In this document: in pieces, positions 1 to 9,844 of the stretch
Numbering within the stretch: the stretch's first letter is position 1
Layout of the letters: each line of letters begins with the position of its first letter
From: a bacterium
Lineage (GTDB): Bacteria; Patescibacteriota; Patescibacteriia; JAHIZJ01
Direction of reading: 5' to 3'
NCBI GenBank assembly: GCA_030699685.1
Contig: JAUYLJ010000041.1
Span: 6,241-70,240, forward strand
Length of the DNA: 64,000 nt
Program-made: the position numbers and the translations under genes
The notes under the pieces: generated by a model
What the model was told of the DNA's origin: nothing
The model's database searches: none
The model's input: the letters and a program-made list of their open reading frames with translations, nothing else

Positions 1-134
1 GGTGTAGAGACTCATCGTGCCATATTCCCACGCGCCACCATTCAATTCTCCCCCGTTAATAATCAAACGCGTCTGCCAGGGAAGCAGAAAAACGTACAAA
101 GTCAGCAACCAGTTTTCTAGTTTTCGAAAAAAAT

Positions 135-1061
135 TCATGCTTCAAACCGCCGTAAGCGCTCTTGCCAGGCATTCTGATATTGCGTACGTCTGTCATTGTC
201 GTGGAATTTCAGCATGGTGTCAGACAGCACTACTCTGGTATCGCGATTGGCCAGGCCGCGAAGGCTGTCAGGCAATATCTTCATTTGATAATTTTCGAAT
301 ACGCGTTCCAAACGATCACCAACTCCCCCCGCGTGAAGTTTTTCGGCCCATGACTGACCCCAAAAGCGTTTTCGCGCGCTGCGCCGCCTGGAAGGAATTA
401 TAGGACCGGCGTTGGGAAACATCTCCCGAACCCAGATGTTGGATTCCCAGAATTTGTTGTATAGACCTTCCGGATCATAAAGCGGCCACACTTGGGTTAC
501 CCAATGAGCAAGGTAGATATCCGGGTTGGTAACACGCAGAGGCGACAAATCGAGACGGTCGGCCGCAATGTAGAAACTAGCGCAAAGTGTATCGCGGGTA
601 TGCGCGCCCGTCGGTCGCTCGCCAAAAAGCTTCAGATAGCCGGTCAGGTACATCCTGGTTGTCCAGATGCGGGCAGGCTGAGTGATGATAAACAAATCAA
701 TATCCGCGTCCTCTCGCGAATTACTGTAAGCCAGGGAATTACACACCGCGATCATGCGGACGAAAGGCAGACGCCGCAGCCGCTGAGTAAATCGCATCAG
801 CTTGCGAAATTTCCCCTCGGCCTCGCGGTAGCGCCGCAGCCGCGTCGTCACGATCTCCTTCCTGCCCTTGAGATAATACATACCCGAATCAGATTCCACT
901 CTTTCGGCCAGCCAAGAATTGGTACGTAGCTCGCGCTGAACTTCTCCCAGGGAAACTTGGTTAGACTGATAGCGCCATAATTCAAACTCAGTCAGAGGAA
1001 AATCAAAAACGTCAAAATAGGCCAGCTCCCTCAGAATCGACGCGGTGATTGCCTTGCTCAT
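135..1061 (-). CDS. hypothetical protein, possible Pol-beta-type nucleotidyltransferase fold
   Basis: 308-aa ORF. The segment 'NSLAYSNSREDADIDLFIIT' resembles the hG[GS]...DhDh NTase motif but lacks the Gly. No RBS seen at the annotated start. Confidence 0.4.
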   Translation of the reverse strand: MSKAITASILRELAYFDVFDFPLTEFELWRYQSNQVSLGEVQRELRTNSWLAERVESDSGMYYLKGRKEIVTTRLRRYREAEGKFRKLMRFTQRLRRLPFVRMIAVCNSLAYSNSREDADIDLFIITQPARIWTTRMYLTGYLKLFGERPTGAHTRDTLCASFYIAADRLDLSPLRVTNPDIYLAHWVTQVWPLYDPEGLYNKFWESNIWVREMFPNAGPIIPSRRRSARKRFWGQSWAEKLHAGGVGDRLERVFENYQMKILPDSLRGLANRDTRVVLSDTMLKFHDNDRRTQYQNAWQERLRRFEA

Positions 1062-1102
1062 ATCTGTAGTATGCCTGCTGAAAAACGTTTAGGCAACAAT
1101 GC

Positions 1103-1131
1103 TTGACAATAAGGAACAAATTCTATTCAAT
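1103..1131 (+). promoter_or_regulatory. putative sigma70-like promoter (TTGACA-17-TTCAAT) upstream of the acidic protein gene
   Basis: TTGACA at 1103-1108, a 17-nt spacer, then a weak -10 TTCAAT at 1126-1131. It lies about 60 nt upstream of the ATG at 1195. Confidence 0.3.
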
Positions 1132-1194
1132 AAGGTCGCTATACAGTCTGTTCTACCGCCCCGTACATTCAACCCGCGAGGAAGGAATCAAACC

Positions 1195-1821
1195 ATGAAC
1201 ACGCCCAATGAGGCTTCCGGTGGATCGACGAAGATCAACGTCGAGGCGCTGATTGCCGCGATCAGGGATAGCGTGGCGGACATTGACGACGCCAGAATCG
1301 TCGCCGATCGCGAAAACTGGGATGATCTCAGTGGCAGCGCTTACGCTGCCCTGACACTGGACAAACTCGAAGAACCGATCACGCTCAATGATCCCATGAT
1401 CGTCCCGGACAGTGTCCAAGTCTCTCTGACTTGGGGACAAGTCAGCGGCGATGACGAAGATCTCGTACTCAGGCTCTTCCATGATCGCTTCGACGCCGGT
1501 GCCGAAAACATCATGGTCGTGGTCGAGCTTGACGAAGAAGGGCTCGCCAGAGAACTGGAGGCTGTGGAGACAATCGATGGCTTCGGCGACGTGACGGTCC
1601 ATCTCAGGATCACGGTTGAAGACCTCAAGCTCGAGACGAGAACGGACTCTCCGGTTTCGATCAGTGAGTTGCTTGGCGATGGTCTCGAAGAAGTCTGGGA
1701 AGCCCGCCTGCATGCACCGGCTACCGATGACTTGCCGAGCGACAACCCTACAAGACAAGAGATCGACACCGATGATGCCGATCCCAGAAACCGGGCCTAC
1801 GGCTTCCCAACCGAGTCCTGA
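1195..1821 (+). CDS. highly acidic hypothetical protein (Asp/Glu-rich)
   Basis: ATG at 1195 is preceded by GGAAGGAA 7 nt upstream. The gene is followed by an intrinsic terminator at 1851-1882. The antisense 250-aa ORF lacks these signals. Confidence 0.55.
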   Translation: MNTPNEASGGSTKINVEALIAAIRDSVADIDDARIVADRENWDDLSGSAYAALTLDKLEEPITLNDPMIVPDSVQVSLTWGQVSGDDEDLVLRLFHDRFDAGAENIMVVVELDEEGLARELEAVETIDGFGDVTVHLRITVEDLKLETRTDSPVSISELLGDGLEEVWEARLHAPATDDLPSDNPTRQEIDTDDADPRNRAYGFPTES

Positions 1822-1850
1822 GCACCTTCCGCCACCCTTTGTCCACCACC

Positions 1851-1882
1851 CCCCCCTCCATAAGGTGAGGGGTTTTTGTTTG
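1851..1882 (+). terminator. rho-independent terminator (CCCCTC/GAGGGG stem then TTTTTGTTTG)
   Basis: Stem 1853-1858 pairs with 1867-1872, with an 8-nt loop. A T-run follows at 1873-1882. Confidence 0.6.
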
Positions 1883-2092
1883 CGTAAGGCTAAGCGTACG
1901 AGCACCCAGTTGAATTTATTTCAGAGTATTGAGATTTCTTTAGCCAACGGCAAACAACCCGCCATAGTTCCGACGTGTACCTCAAGGGAAAGGGTACAAC
2001 CTCAAGACGATATGTATAACTTCGAAATTATAGCAAGATACACAGCAGGCGAGGATGGCCATCCTCGCCTGCGGAAATGGTATACTTCACCC

Positions 2093-2614
2093 ATGTCCAT
2101 CTTCCGCTACGTGCCAAATACTTTGACTGTTTCCCGGATGGGGCTGGCTGTCTTGGTATTCTTCGAAATACTCTTCGAGGACTACAATTCCGCCTTGTTC
2201 CTCTTTCTCCTGGCCCTGACCACTGACTACCTGGATGGCGCAATCGCGCGAAAAACACATTCGACAACCAAATTTGGCGCCGACGTGCTTGAAACCGTGG
2301 CCGACGCCACGCTTTTTTTCGCGGCGCTATTTGGAATCATGTTGTCTCAAAACTGGCCACTATGGATTCTGATCGGACTCATTGTCGGCGGTGTATTGTA
2401 TCTCGTGTTGTTTCGGCGGCAAAAACTATTGCGGCCATTTTTTCTGGCTCTGGAACCTATTCTGGACGGAATCGGTGTAGCAACTATCGCCATCTGGCTC
2501 TCAATTCAAGCCGGCTGGCCGTGGTTGATTATCAGTATTGCTTTTTTCTTGTTCGCGGTGGTTTTTAAACACAAAAGGATCGGCGAACTGCTGAGACGGT
2601 GGAAAAAGATATAG
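2093..2614 (+). CDS. pgsA: CDP-alcohol phosphatidyltransferase (PgsA-like)
   Basis: The segment 'TDYLDGAIARKTHSTTKFGADVLETVAD' approximates the D-G-x2-A-R...G-x3-D-x3-D signature. The protein has multiple TM helices. 'VPNTLTVSRM' near the N terminus is typical. The start was chosen at ATG 2093; an alternative upstream ATG lies at 2012. Confidence 0.7.
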   Translation: MSIFRYVPNTLTVSRMGLAVLVFFEILFEDYNSALFLFLLALTTDYLDGAIARKTHSTTKFGADVLETVADATLFFAALFGIMLSQNWPLWILIGLIVGGVLYLVLFRRQKLLRPFFLALEPILDGIGVATIAIWLSIQAGWPWLIISIAFFLFAVVFKHKRIGELLRRWKKI

Positions 2615-3002
2615 TCAGTCATTTCGACCAATCGCCCATAGGCGTTGAGGGGAAATCTCCCAATTGAACAAGCCGGTCGTGCTGATATATCGTATCGTTT
2701 TGGAGGCTTGCCCTCGCTTGCTTCGACTTCGCTCGCCAGAGATTGCTCAAACAGTGTAGCCAAATATTCTTCGAGCGAGGAGTACTCGACGGGTCGAGAA
2801 GGAAGTCTGATGAGATGTATAAAAGCTTTTCTCAACGTCTTCCTATACCCGAACGTGTGCTCGCGCGAGTAGTACAGGGTCCGAAAGAGATAATAGGCTT
2901 ACCGGCGCAAACAGAGATTTGTGCCTACGCAGAAAATTAACACTGTGTAGCTCCTAATCCCTGTCCAGAGCTTATCAAAGGTTTGTTTGAAACAAGGCTT
3001 AC

Positions 3003-5894
3003 TTATTTCTTCTCTAACACTTTTTTGAGATACTGCCCGGTATACGACTTCTTTACATTGGCGACTTCCTTGGGAGTGCCTTGAGCAACGATCTGGCCTC
3101 CCCCGCTGCCGCCTTCGGGACCCAGGTCAATGACCCAATCAACGGACTTAATCACGTCCAGGTTGTGCTCGATGATCAGCATGGTGTTTCCTTTGTCCGC
3201 CAACTGGTTCAGGACGGAAAGCAGATGTTTGACGTCATCAAAATGCAAACCAGTAGTCGGCTCGTCCAGGATATAGAGAGTCCGGCCTGTGGCGCGTCGC
3301 GACAACTCCGTGGCGAGCTTGATGCGCTGAGCTTCTCCGCCGGAAAGTGTGGTAGCTGACTGACCTAAATGGAGATACCCTAAACCGACATCTTTGAGCG
3401 TCCGTAGCTTCTGGCGAATGGCCGGGATACTGTCAAAGAAGTCGTACGCTTCCTCAGTCGTCATGTCGAGTATTTCAGCGATACTTTTTCCTTTGTAGTG
3501 GATCTCCAAAGCGGCCTGATTGTAGCGTTGGCCATGACATTCTTCGCACTCCACGTAGACGTCCGGCAAGAATTGCATTTCGATTTTTTTATAGCCCTCT
3601 CCCTGACAGGCTTCGCAGCGGCCGCCCTTGACGTTGAAGCTGAAGCGCCCCGCTTTATAGCCGCGTAGCTTAGCCTCAGGCATCTGCGTGAAAAGATCAC
3701 GGATGTAAGTAAAGACGCCCGTATAGGTGGCGGCGTTGGAGCGCGGCGTGCGGCCGATCGGCGACTGGTCAATCACAATCACCTTGTCTAAGTGCTCTAA
3801 CCCCTTGATTTCCTTATGCTTGCCCGGCAGCTCCTTGGCGCGGTAAAAATGCTGGGCCAGCGCGCGAGCCAAAATATCAGTCATCAGCGTTGACTTGCCC
3901 GAACCCGACACGCCAGTAATACAGACAAATTTACCCAGAGGGATGTCAACCGTCACGTTCTTGAGGTTAAATTCTTCCGCGCCAACGATAGTTAAGAACT
4001 TTCCGTTGCCTTTGCGGTATTTCGTGGGCGGATTGATGGCCAGGCGGCCGGAAAGATATTTACCCGTGAGCGACTTGGGGTGTTTGGTCACTTGAGCTGG
4101 AGTGCCGATAGCCACGACTTCACCTCCATGCTCACCGGCTCCCGGACCGATATCCACCACGAAGTCGGCTTCCTCAATCGTGTTTTCGTCATGTTCAACC
4201 ACAATCACCGTGTTCCCCAGGTCTCGCAGGCTTTTGAGCGTGGCAATCAGTTTGTCGTTGTCTCGCTGGTGCAGACCGATCGACGGTTCGTCCAGGATGT
4301 AGACGACGCCGACCAGCGAAGAACCGATTTGCGTAGCCAGCCGGATTCGCTGGGCCTCGCCTCCAGCCAGGGTATTCGCCGAGCGGTCTAGCGTCAGGTA
4401 GTTCAGTCCAACATCTTGAAGAAATCGCAGGCGGTTTGTTATTTCTTTCAGCACCTGTCCAGCGATTTTCATCTGACGCTCGCTCAAGCTGTCCTTGCTT
4501 GATTTCCTGGCCAACGAATTAAAAAACTCCACGGCGTCATCAATGGTATACGATACCACCCTGTCGATTGATTGATTACCGACCGTCACCGCCAAGGCTT
4601 CTGGACGCAAACGACGCCCTTCGCAGGAGGGACAAGGATATATTCTCATATAGCGCTCGATCTCGGTGCGAATGTAATCAGAGTCAGTCTCTTTATACCG
4701 CCGCTCCAGATTGGGAATGACGCCTTCGAAGGTTGTCCAGAATTCCCTCACTTTGCCCCGTCCGTCGGCGTTGTTGACATCGTAGGTTTTTTCGCCCGTT
4801 CCGAACAGAATAGTTTTGAGTTGTTTGGGAATCAACTTGTCCACTGGCGTGTTGGTCGTGAATCCGTTGGACTGCGCCACAGTTTCCAGCACGCGATAAT
4901 ACCAGGTTTGGTTCGAGGATGTGCGCGACCACGGCCGGATCGCTCCCTGCGCCAGAGTCAGTTTTTTGTTTGGGATGACCAGATCGGCGTCAATCTCAAG
5001 CTTGGTTCCCAAACCGGAACACTCAGGGCAAGCGCCATGCGGATTGTTGAATGAAAAATTCCTGGGCTCAATTTCCGTCAGGCTTACGTCGCACTCCGCG
5101 CAGGCAAAATGCTGGCTGAAGATCGTGTCCTTTTCTTCCTCGTCTTTCTGTACCAAAATAATACCGTTACCTAGATCAAGAGCGGTTTCCACGGATTCAA
5201 CCAGACGGCTGCGGTCGCTGGCTTCGTCTTTTTTAGGCTTCTTGCGCGTCTCGGGACTGATCTCCAGCCGGTCAACCACAACTTCCATCGTATGCTTCTT
5301 GTGTTTATCCACGACCAGCGCTTCGGCTTCTTCGACTGAATACAACAATGAGTCGAAACGAACCCGGACATATCCGGATTTCTTGATCTTTTCCAGAACA
5401 TTTTTGTGCTCGCCTTTTTGGTCCTTGATCAGCGGCGCCAAGAGGCTGATTTTTGTCCCGTCCGGCCAGCTCAAAATCCTTTCGACAATTTGATCAACGG
5501 TCTGCCGGGAGACTTCTTTGCCGCAGTTGGGGCAGTGCGGCGTGCCCACACGGGCATAGAGTAAACGGAGATAGTCATATACTTCCGTCACCGTACCGAC
5601 GGTCGAGCGCGGATTATGGGAGGTTGATTTCTGGTCAATGGATATTGCCGGCGACAAGCCGTCGATTTGATCCACATCGGGCTTATCCATCAAACCCAAA
5701 AACTGCCGCGCGTAGGCCGAGAGAGATTCGACATAACGGCGCTGCCCTTCGGCGTAAATCGTGTCAAAGGCCAGGGAAGATTTTCCCGATCCGGAAATGC
5801 CGGTAAAGACGATGAGTTTGTCGCGAGGAATCTCAAGGCTGATATTTTTGAGATTGTGAACCCTCGCGCCTTTGATGACAATTTTCCCCGCCAT
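3003..5894 (-). CDS. uvrA: excinuclease ABC subunit A
   Basis: 963 aa. Two ABC ATPase modules are present ([19 protein letters not shown]). Zn-finger cysteines are present. The N terminus '[23 protein letters not shown]' is canonical. Confidence 0.95.
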   Translation of the reverse strand: MAGKIVIKGARVHNLKNISLEIPRDKLIVFTGISGSGKSSLAFDTIYAEGQRRYVESLSAYARQFLGLMDKPDVDQIDGLSPAISIDQKSTSHNPRSTVGTVTEVYDYLRLLYARVGTPHCPNCGKEVSRQTVDQIVERILSWPDGTKISLLAPLIKDQKGEHKNVLEKIKKSGYVRVRFDSLLYSVEEAEALVVDKHKKHTMEVVVDRLEISPETRKKPKKDEASDRSRLVESVETALDLGNGIILVQKDEEEKDTIFSQHFACAECDVSLTEIEPRNFSFNNPHGACPECSGLGTKLEIDADLVIPNKKLTLAQGAIRPWSRTSSNQTWYYRVLETVAQSNGFTTNTPVDKLIPKQLKTILFGTGEKTYDVNNADGRGKVREFWTTFEGVIPNLERRYKETDSDYIRTEIERYMRIYPCPSCEGRRLRPEALAVTVGNQSIDRVVSYTIDDAVEFFNSLARKSSKDSLSERQMKIAGQVLKEITNRLRFLQDVGLNYLTLDRSANTLAGGEAQRIRLATQIGSSLVGVVYILDEPSIGLHQRDNDKLIATLKSLRDLGNTVIVVEHDENTIEEADFVVDIGPGAGEHGGEVVAIGTPAQVTKHPKSLTGKYLSGRLAINPPTKYRKGNGKFLTIVGAEEFNLKNVTVDIPLGKFVCITGVSGSGKSTLMTDILARALAQHFYRAKELPGKHKEIKGLEHLDKVIVIDQSPIGRTPRSNAATYTGVFTYIRDLFTQMPEAKLRGYKAGRFSFNVKGGRCEACQGEGYKKIEMQFLPDVYVECEECHGQRYNQAALEIHYKGKSIAEILDMTTEEAYDFFDSIPAIRQKLRTLKDVGLGYLHLGQSATTLSGGEAQRIKLATELSRRATGRTLYILDEPTTGLHFDDVKHLLSVLNQLADKGNTMLIIEHNLDVIKSVDWVIDLGPEGGSGGGQIVAQGTPKEVANVKKSYTGQYLKKVLEKK

Positions 5895-5926
5895 AAGCCG
5901 CCAATAGAAAAAAATAACTCAGCGAC

Positions 5927-5955
5927 AGTATACATGGGTATGAGATTCCTGACAA
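5927..5955 (-). promoter_or_regulatory. putative uvrA promoter (TTGTCA-17-TATACT)
   Basis: Minus-strand -35 TTGTCA at 5955-5950 and -10 TATACT at 5932-5927, with a 17-nt spacer. It lies about 30 nt upstream of the uvrA ATG. Confidence 0.45.
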
Positions 5956-6000
5956 GGGGTGTCAGGAGCCCTAAAGAAAAAAGGGGTTGCTCCTAGGCAA

Positions 6001-6735
6001 TTACCCCTTTGATTTGAGTCGTTCTTGAAACCATTTGATCAACGCGCCGGTCGCCTGACGGCCCTGGGACGGCCGGGAGAGAACATGATCGGCACGCTTG
6101 TAGTGCCGGTGAACGACGCTGGCGGCCGACCGGGCGGCGGCCAGATTATTAGCAACGGTCTGTGGCGGCACGGTGGTGTCGCGGCCTCCCGAGATGATCA
6201 GCAGATCACCTGTGAATCGAGACAGCGCCCGCAGTCCACGATTACTCCTCGGCGTCACCTTCCTCAGACGGTAGCGCTTGAGACGCTCGTCGACGATCGT
6301 GACCACTGGAGCGTCAAACAGCCTATCCTCATACGTCGCCGGAGCGCGCAGCGCCAACCAGCGAAGATCGCGTTCCACCGACAGCAGTGAGAGCAGATGA
6401 CAGGCATAGCTGGCTCCGTGCGCACCGATACGCTTCGGGTCGACGCGCGGGTGCGCCGCCAACAGGTCGTAGGCAGCTTTGAGGTCCCGCAAGTGATTCT
6501 GCCTGGAGCAGGTCTCCTTGGAACCCTGGCTCCGACCATGGCCGCGCAGGTTCACGGTCATGGCCACCATTCCCAGCGCCGCCAGCTGACGAGCAACGGG
6601 GATATATCCCCGTTCACTCCCATTCCATCCATGCACGAGCAGGACAGCGGGGAGTTTGCCCTTGGGCTGTCTCGCCGGGAAGAACATCTTCCCCTGGAGA
6701 ATCAGCTCATCAACTTCGAAGTGAAACTCTTTCAT
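6001..6735 (-). CDS. alpha/beta-hydrolase fold protein (dienelactone-hydrolase-like)
   Basis: The true start is 'MKEFHFE' at 6735, preceded by GGAGGAT 7 nt upstream. The protein carries 'LLVHGWNGS' and 'GHGRSQG' motifs. The N-terminal extension in the ORF track (to 6996) is spurious. Confidence 0.7.
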   Translation of the reverse strand: MKEFHFEVDELILQGKMFFPARQPKGKLPAVLLVHGWNGSERGYIPVARQLAALGMVAMTVNLRGHGRSQGSKETCSRQNHLRDLKAAYDLLAAHPRVDPKRIGAHGASYACHLLSLLSVERDLRWLALRAPATYEDRLFDAPVVTIVDERLKRYRLRKVTPRSNRGLRALSRFTGDLLIISGGRDTTVPPQTVANNLAAARSAASVVHRHYKRADHVLSRPSQGRQATGALIKWFQERLKSKG

Positions 6736-6862
6736 CTTTCGTATCCTCCGTTTGGACGGCTGACGTCTCTGGGACTGGAGTTTCCGGGTTCTGGATTTCA
6801 AAAATCGACCCGCCACCGTAACACGCCTCCGGCGCCGAGTCAAGGTATTCTTCATCGATGAT

Positions 6863-8362
6863 TTAGATGGCGTCAATTTCGTCACTCTGACTATCATCCT
6901 CATCATTCTCATCAGACTGGTCTTTTCGCAGCGCTGTCGACAATTTAGTGATGATCTGGCCGATCTCGGGTTTGACGGAAAAAGAAGACGTGGCAATCTG
7001 CTGGGGGAAGACCAGCTTGAAGAGCCGAGCTACGTTTTTGGTGATGCGACCGCCTACTCGCGGCACGGCGTCAATGACGATGAATTCGTTTTCGTTCTTC
7101 AACTCCCAGGGGAAAGCGCCGTAACGTTCGAGTCTTATCCCGCCCTCTTTTGGCTGATAGGAGTAGATGCCCGAGGCCATCGGCAGTTTCATTTCCGATA
7201 TACCTTTGGGCGTTAGAAACACATGCGAAATGGTCTTGCGCTGCTTCAACGCCTGGTTCACTTCGTCAAAATTGAACGGCGCGTCTATCCGCAGATTACT
7301 GATCAGGTGAAAAAGTTCAAGCGGCGGAACGCCTTGCCACATCGACATCAGCGAATAGAGCGGCAGGGCGCCGGTAAAACGCGGATTGCACTCAATCGGG
7401 AAGATGGCCCCCGTTTCTTTATCCATGATGAAGTCGATGCCAAAAATACCTCGGTAGCCTTTATCAGCCAGATAGGCGCCCAGCGACTCGACCGATTTCT
7501 GAGCCGTCTCTTCTGCCTCGGAATTCCAGGGGCGAAAGCCGAAATCATGACCCATGAATACTCCCGTGCCAAGTTGTCCGTGCAAGGACTCCGGGATATC
7601 AATCAGTTGAAGCTGAAGCGTGCCTGAAAGCACTCCCTGGGCAGTGACACAGCCAAGCATGGAGAGTGAATACCCGTCGACGAAGGGTGACACGGTTAAT
7701 TTTGTGTAACGCTCGTCTTTGATCAGGATCTCCCGCGCCGTTTCCCAATCCTGCTTTGATCTGATGAAGAAAGTTCCGAGCTCGCCGGCCACGTCGAAAT
7801 CCGCCCGCTGCACGACAAAAGAACGCCGCCACAGCTCCCAGAGGTCACGCAGCGACATTTGGAAAAATTCTTCACGAGGGATTTCCTTGTTTGGTATGCA
7901 GGGCAGACCTCGCTCACGCACTATGCGGCGGAATTCACCTTTGAATTTGAGCGAGTCGAAACTTTTCGGCTCATTGCCCACCCAGTCGATCTTGAATTCG
8001 TTAAGAGTGTCGACTATTTTCTGCGTTGTTTGATAAAACATCAGCCGGTAGGGTAGGCGCCGGGATTTCAGAAAAGCTTGAAACGCGTAGTTGCGCAGGA
8101 GATAGCCGGTGGCATGGACTTTGGCCGCCACTTTCGGATGGCGCTCTTCCAGACAGAAAATCTTGGCGTACTCCCGCAAGGTATCATTGTCGGTCGTGTC
8201 TTTGACCGAGTAGATGGCGTAATTTTTCAAAAACAGCGCCGGCGTGATCCGGGAATATGGCGAAAAGCCGATGGCGATGGTCGACTTTCGGTCAATCAAC
8301 TCGAGCACTTTGACCAAGTCCGGCACGAAACGTTTCCAGTCCTGAAGCTGCTGAAGATTCAT
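6863..8362 (-). CDS. ATP-grasp domain protein (carboxylate-amine ligase family), function unknown
   Basis: 499 aa. The ATP-grasp core reads 'GIFGIDFIMDKETGAIFPIECNPRF'. The N-terminal domain is about 220 aa. The C-terminal tail is poly-acidic. Confidence 0.7.
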   Translation of the reverse strand: MNLQQLQDWKRFVPDLVKVLELIDRKSTIAIGFSPYSRITPALFLKNYAIYSVKDTTDNDTLREYAKIFCLEERHPKVAAKVHATGYLLRNYAFQAFLKSRRLPYRLMFYQTTQKIVDTLNEFKIDWVGNEPKSFDSLKFKGEFRRIVRERGLPCIPNKEIPREEFFQMSLRDLWELWRRSFVVQRADFDVAGELGTFFIRSKQDWETAREILIKDERYTKLTVSPFVDGYSLSMLGCVTAQGVLSGTLQLQLIDIPESLHGQLGTGVFMGHDFGFRPWNSEAEETAQKSVESLGAYLADKGYRGIFGIDFIMDKETGAIFPIECNPRFTGALPLYSLMSMWQGVPPLELFHLISNLRIDAPFNFDEVNQALKQRKTISHVFLTPKGISEMKLPMASGIYSYQPKEGGIRLERYGAFPWELKNENEFIVIDAVPRVGGRITKNVARLFKLVFPQQIATSSFSVKPEIGQIITKLSTALRKDQSDENDEDDSQSDEIDAI

Positions 8363-8467
8363 GCGGGTATAGTAACATAAAGAGGACTATCTGTACTAAG
8401 CGAAATGAAAGAAGGGGAGGGAGCGCTTTGTGCACTCTCTCCCCTGATAGCGGTTGTGAGCAACAGA

Positions 8468-9265
8468 TCAGGAGGCGGCCCTGACCAGACGAGCCTGGCG
8501 GCAGTTCCCGGACTGGTCCGAATCCTGCTTCCAGTACACTCCGGTCATGGGTGCCAGGACCCGGAAAGGTCCCTCACCCTCGACCTTGGAGAAGTGGACA
8601 CGGGTGTCCACTCCATCGGAGCCGGCGATGAGTCCCATCCCCGTGACGAGGTTGAACCACTTGACTGCTCCCGTTTCCCAGGGGTGCCGAGGCTCCACTT
8701 GCGGCGGATCCCAGGTGATCTCTGGAGCTTCCGTCGGAAGCTCCGCGTCGGCCAGAAGCTCCGTCAGACGGAGCGCCGCCGACTGGAAGGTCCGACTGAA
8801 GTCCGCGCCCGGATAGGCGTGGACCGCCCGGGCAGGGAAGAATTCCACCTCGCCATCCTGGCGGATGGCCTGGATGTCGTAGATCTCCTGGATGGACAGG
8901 TAGAACCTGCCCTTCCGGGTGGTGATCGCGACCTGCGCTGCGGCGATATTCCCCGTCGGGGTGACGAGGACGACATCGGCGTTGTCCACGCCCTTCTGAC
9001 GGGTGTGGGGAATTTTCACCCCCCGCCCACCGTCCTTCCACTCGACGGGAACCGTCAGAGTGAAGGAAGGATCCAGTGGGACCATCTCACCGTCGAAGAG
9101 CGTGTAGGGCTTCTCCCCCATCGCCGCTTCGTACGAGACGGTGACGTCGATCCGCTCGGTGCCTGACTCGACACCGATGAGCTCAGTCCAGACCGCCATG
9201 TCGGTGAGAGTCTGAGCTTCCCCTTCTTGGAAATTGGCCGTGGCCGTGAGTCCTCCGAACTGCAT
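8468..9265 (-). CDS. hypothetical protein with C-terminal cold-shock (CSD) domain
   Basis: Start 'MQFGG' at 9265 is preceded by GGAAGGGGG 7 nt upstream. The C terminus 'GAVKWFNLVTGMGLIAGSDGVDTRVHFSKVEGEG' matches a CspA-like CSD. The segment is about 65-68 % GC. Confidence 0.55.
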   Translation of the reverse strand: MQFGGLTATANFQEGEAQTLTDMAVWTELIGVESGTERIDVTVSYEAAMGEKPYTLFDGEMVPLDPSFTLTVPVEWKDGGRGVKIPHTRQKGVDNADVVLVTPTGNIAAAQVAITTRKGRFYLSIQEIYDIQAIRQDGEVEFFPARAVHAYPGADFSRTFQSAALRLTELLADAELPTEAPEITWDPPQVEPRHPWETGAVKWFNLVTGMGLIAGSDGVDTRVHFSKVEGEGPFRVLAPMTGVYWKQDSDQSGNCRQARLVRAAS

Positions 9266-9844
9266 TGTCGTACCCCCTTCCGGAAAGTGTTGGTGGTCAG
9301 TGTCAGTATATGTTGCTCGAAGGTGCGCCTTGGTGTTTTCCGCCGAAGAGGCGGTCCAAGGAGTGCTGGTTTTCACCAAGGCACTGGAGTGAACTCAGAA
9401 GGCAAATTCACGTCAGTAGCTTCGTGAGCGATAACGCTATGGTAGACAACAATGGCCATCAGGGTAAGACTAAAGAAAACGGGCGAAAGTTTGCAACAGT
9501 GCTCCGGAGGAAAAAGCACTGCTGCAAACTCCCACCCGCTTCAGAAACATAGACCTCCGTCTAAGAGTCTCCCCTGTGCCTACGTATCAATGTGCATAGA
9601 AACAAACAGCACGACTGGTACAGGGTAGTAACGGCGCAGTATAGCGCAATGCCTCGAGCTTGTCAAGAGTTGTTTTACACTTTTGGCTAATATTAGCAAT
9701 AATCAACCTCCACGCCCTCATGTCATCCCGAAAGAATGTGAGGAATCTCCAGAGAGTAAATAGATTCTGGAGATTCCTCCCCAACCGCGCCAGCTCGCAA
9801 TGACGGCGTGGGGTCGTCATCTCAATACCTGCTATACTTCCCGC

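Noticed and set aside
135-1821. Nucleotidyltransferase-fold protein plus adjacent acidic protein, considered as a CBASS-like or minimal-NTase toxin-antitoxin module
   Set aside because: The genes are divergently transcribed. The NTase motif lacks the conserved Gly-Ser. There is no effector, HEPN or cyclase partner. Not supported.
1153-1905. 250-aa minus-strand ORF antisense to the acidic-protein gene
   Set aside because: No RBS. The plus-strand frame has a GGAAGG RBS and a downstream intrinsic terminator. The antisense ORF is probably a by-product of the local composition.
6736-6996. N-terminal 87-aa extension of the alpha/beta-hydrolase ORF (track start 6996)
   Set aside because: The extension is Arg-rich and low-complexity and overlaps the end of the ATP-grasp gene. 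A GGAGGA RBS precedes the internal ATG at 6735, where the hydrolase fold begins.
8405-9166. 253-aa plus-strand ORF and other long ORFs (8574-9041, 8764-8976) in the GC-rich segment
   Set aside because: High GC generates long spurious ORFs in all frames. Only the minus-strand frame has a strong RBS and a recognisable cold-shock domain.
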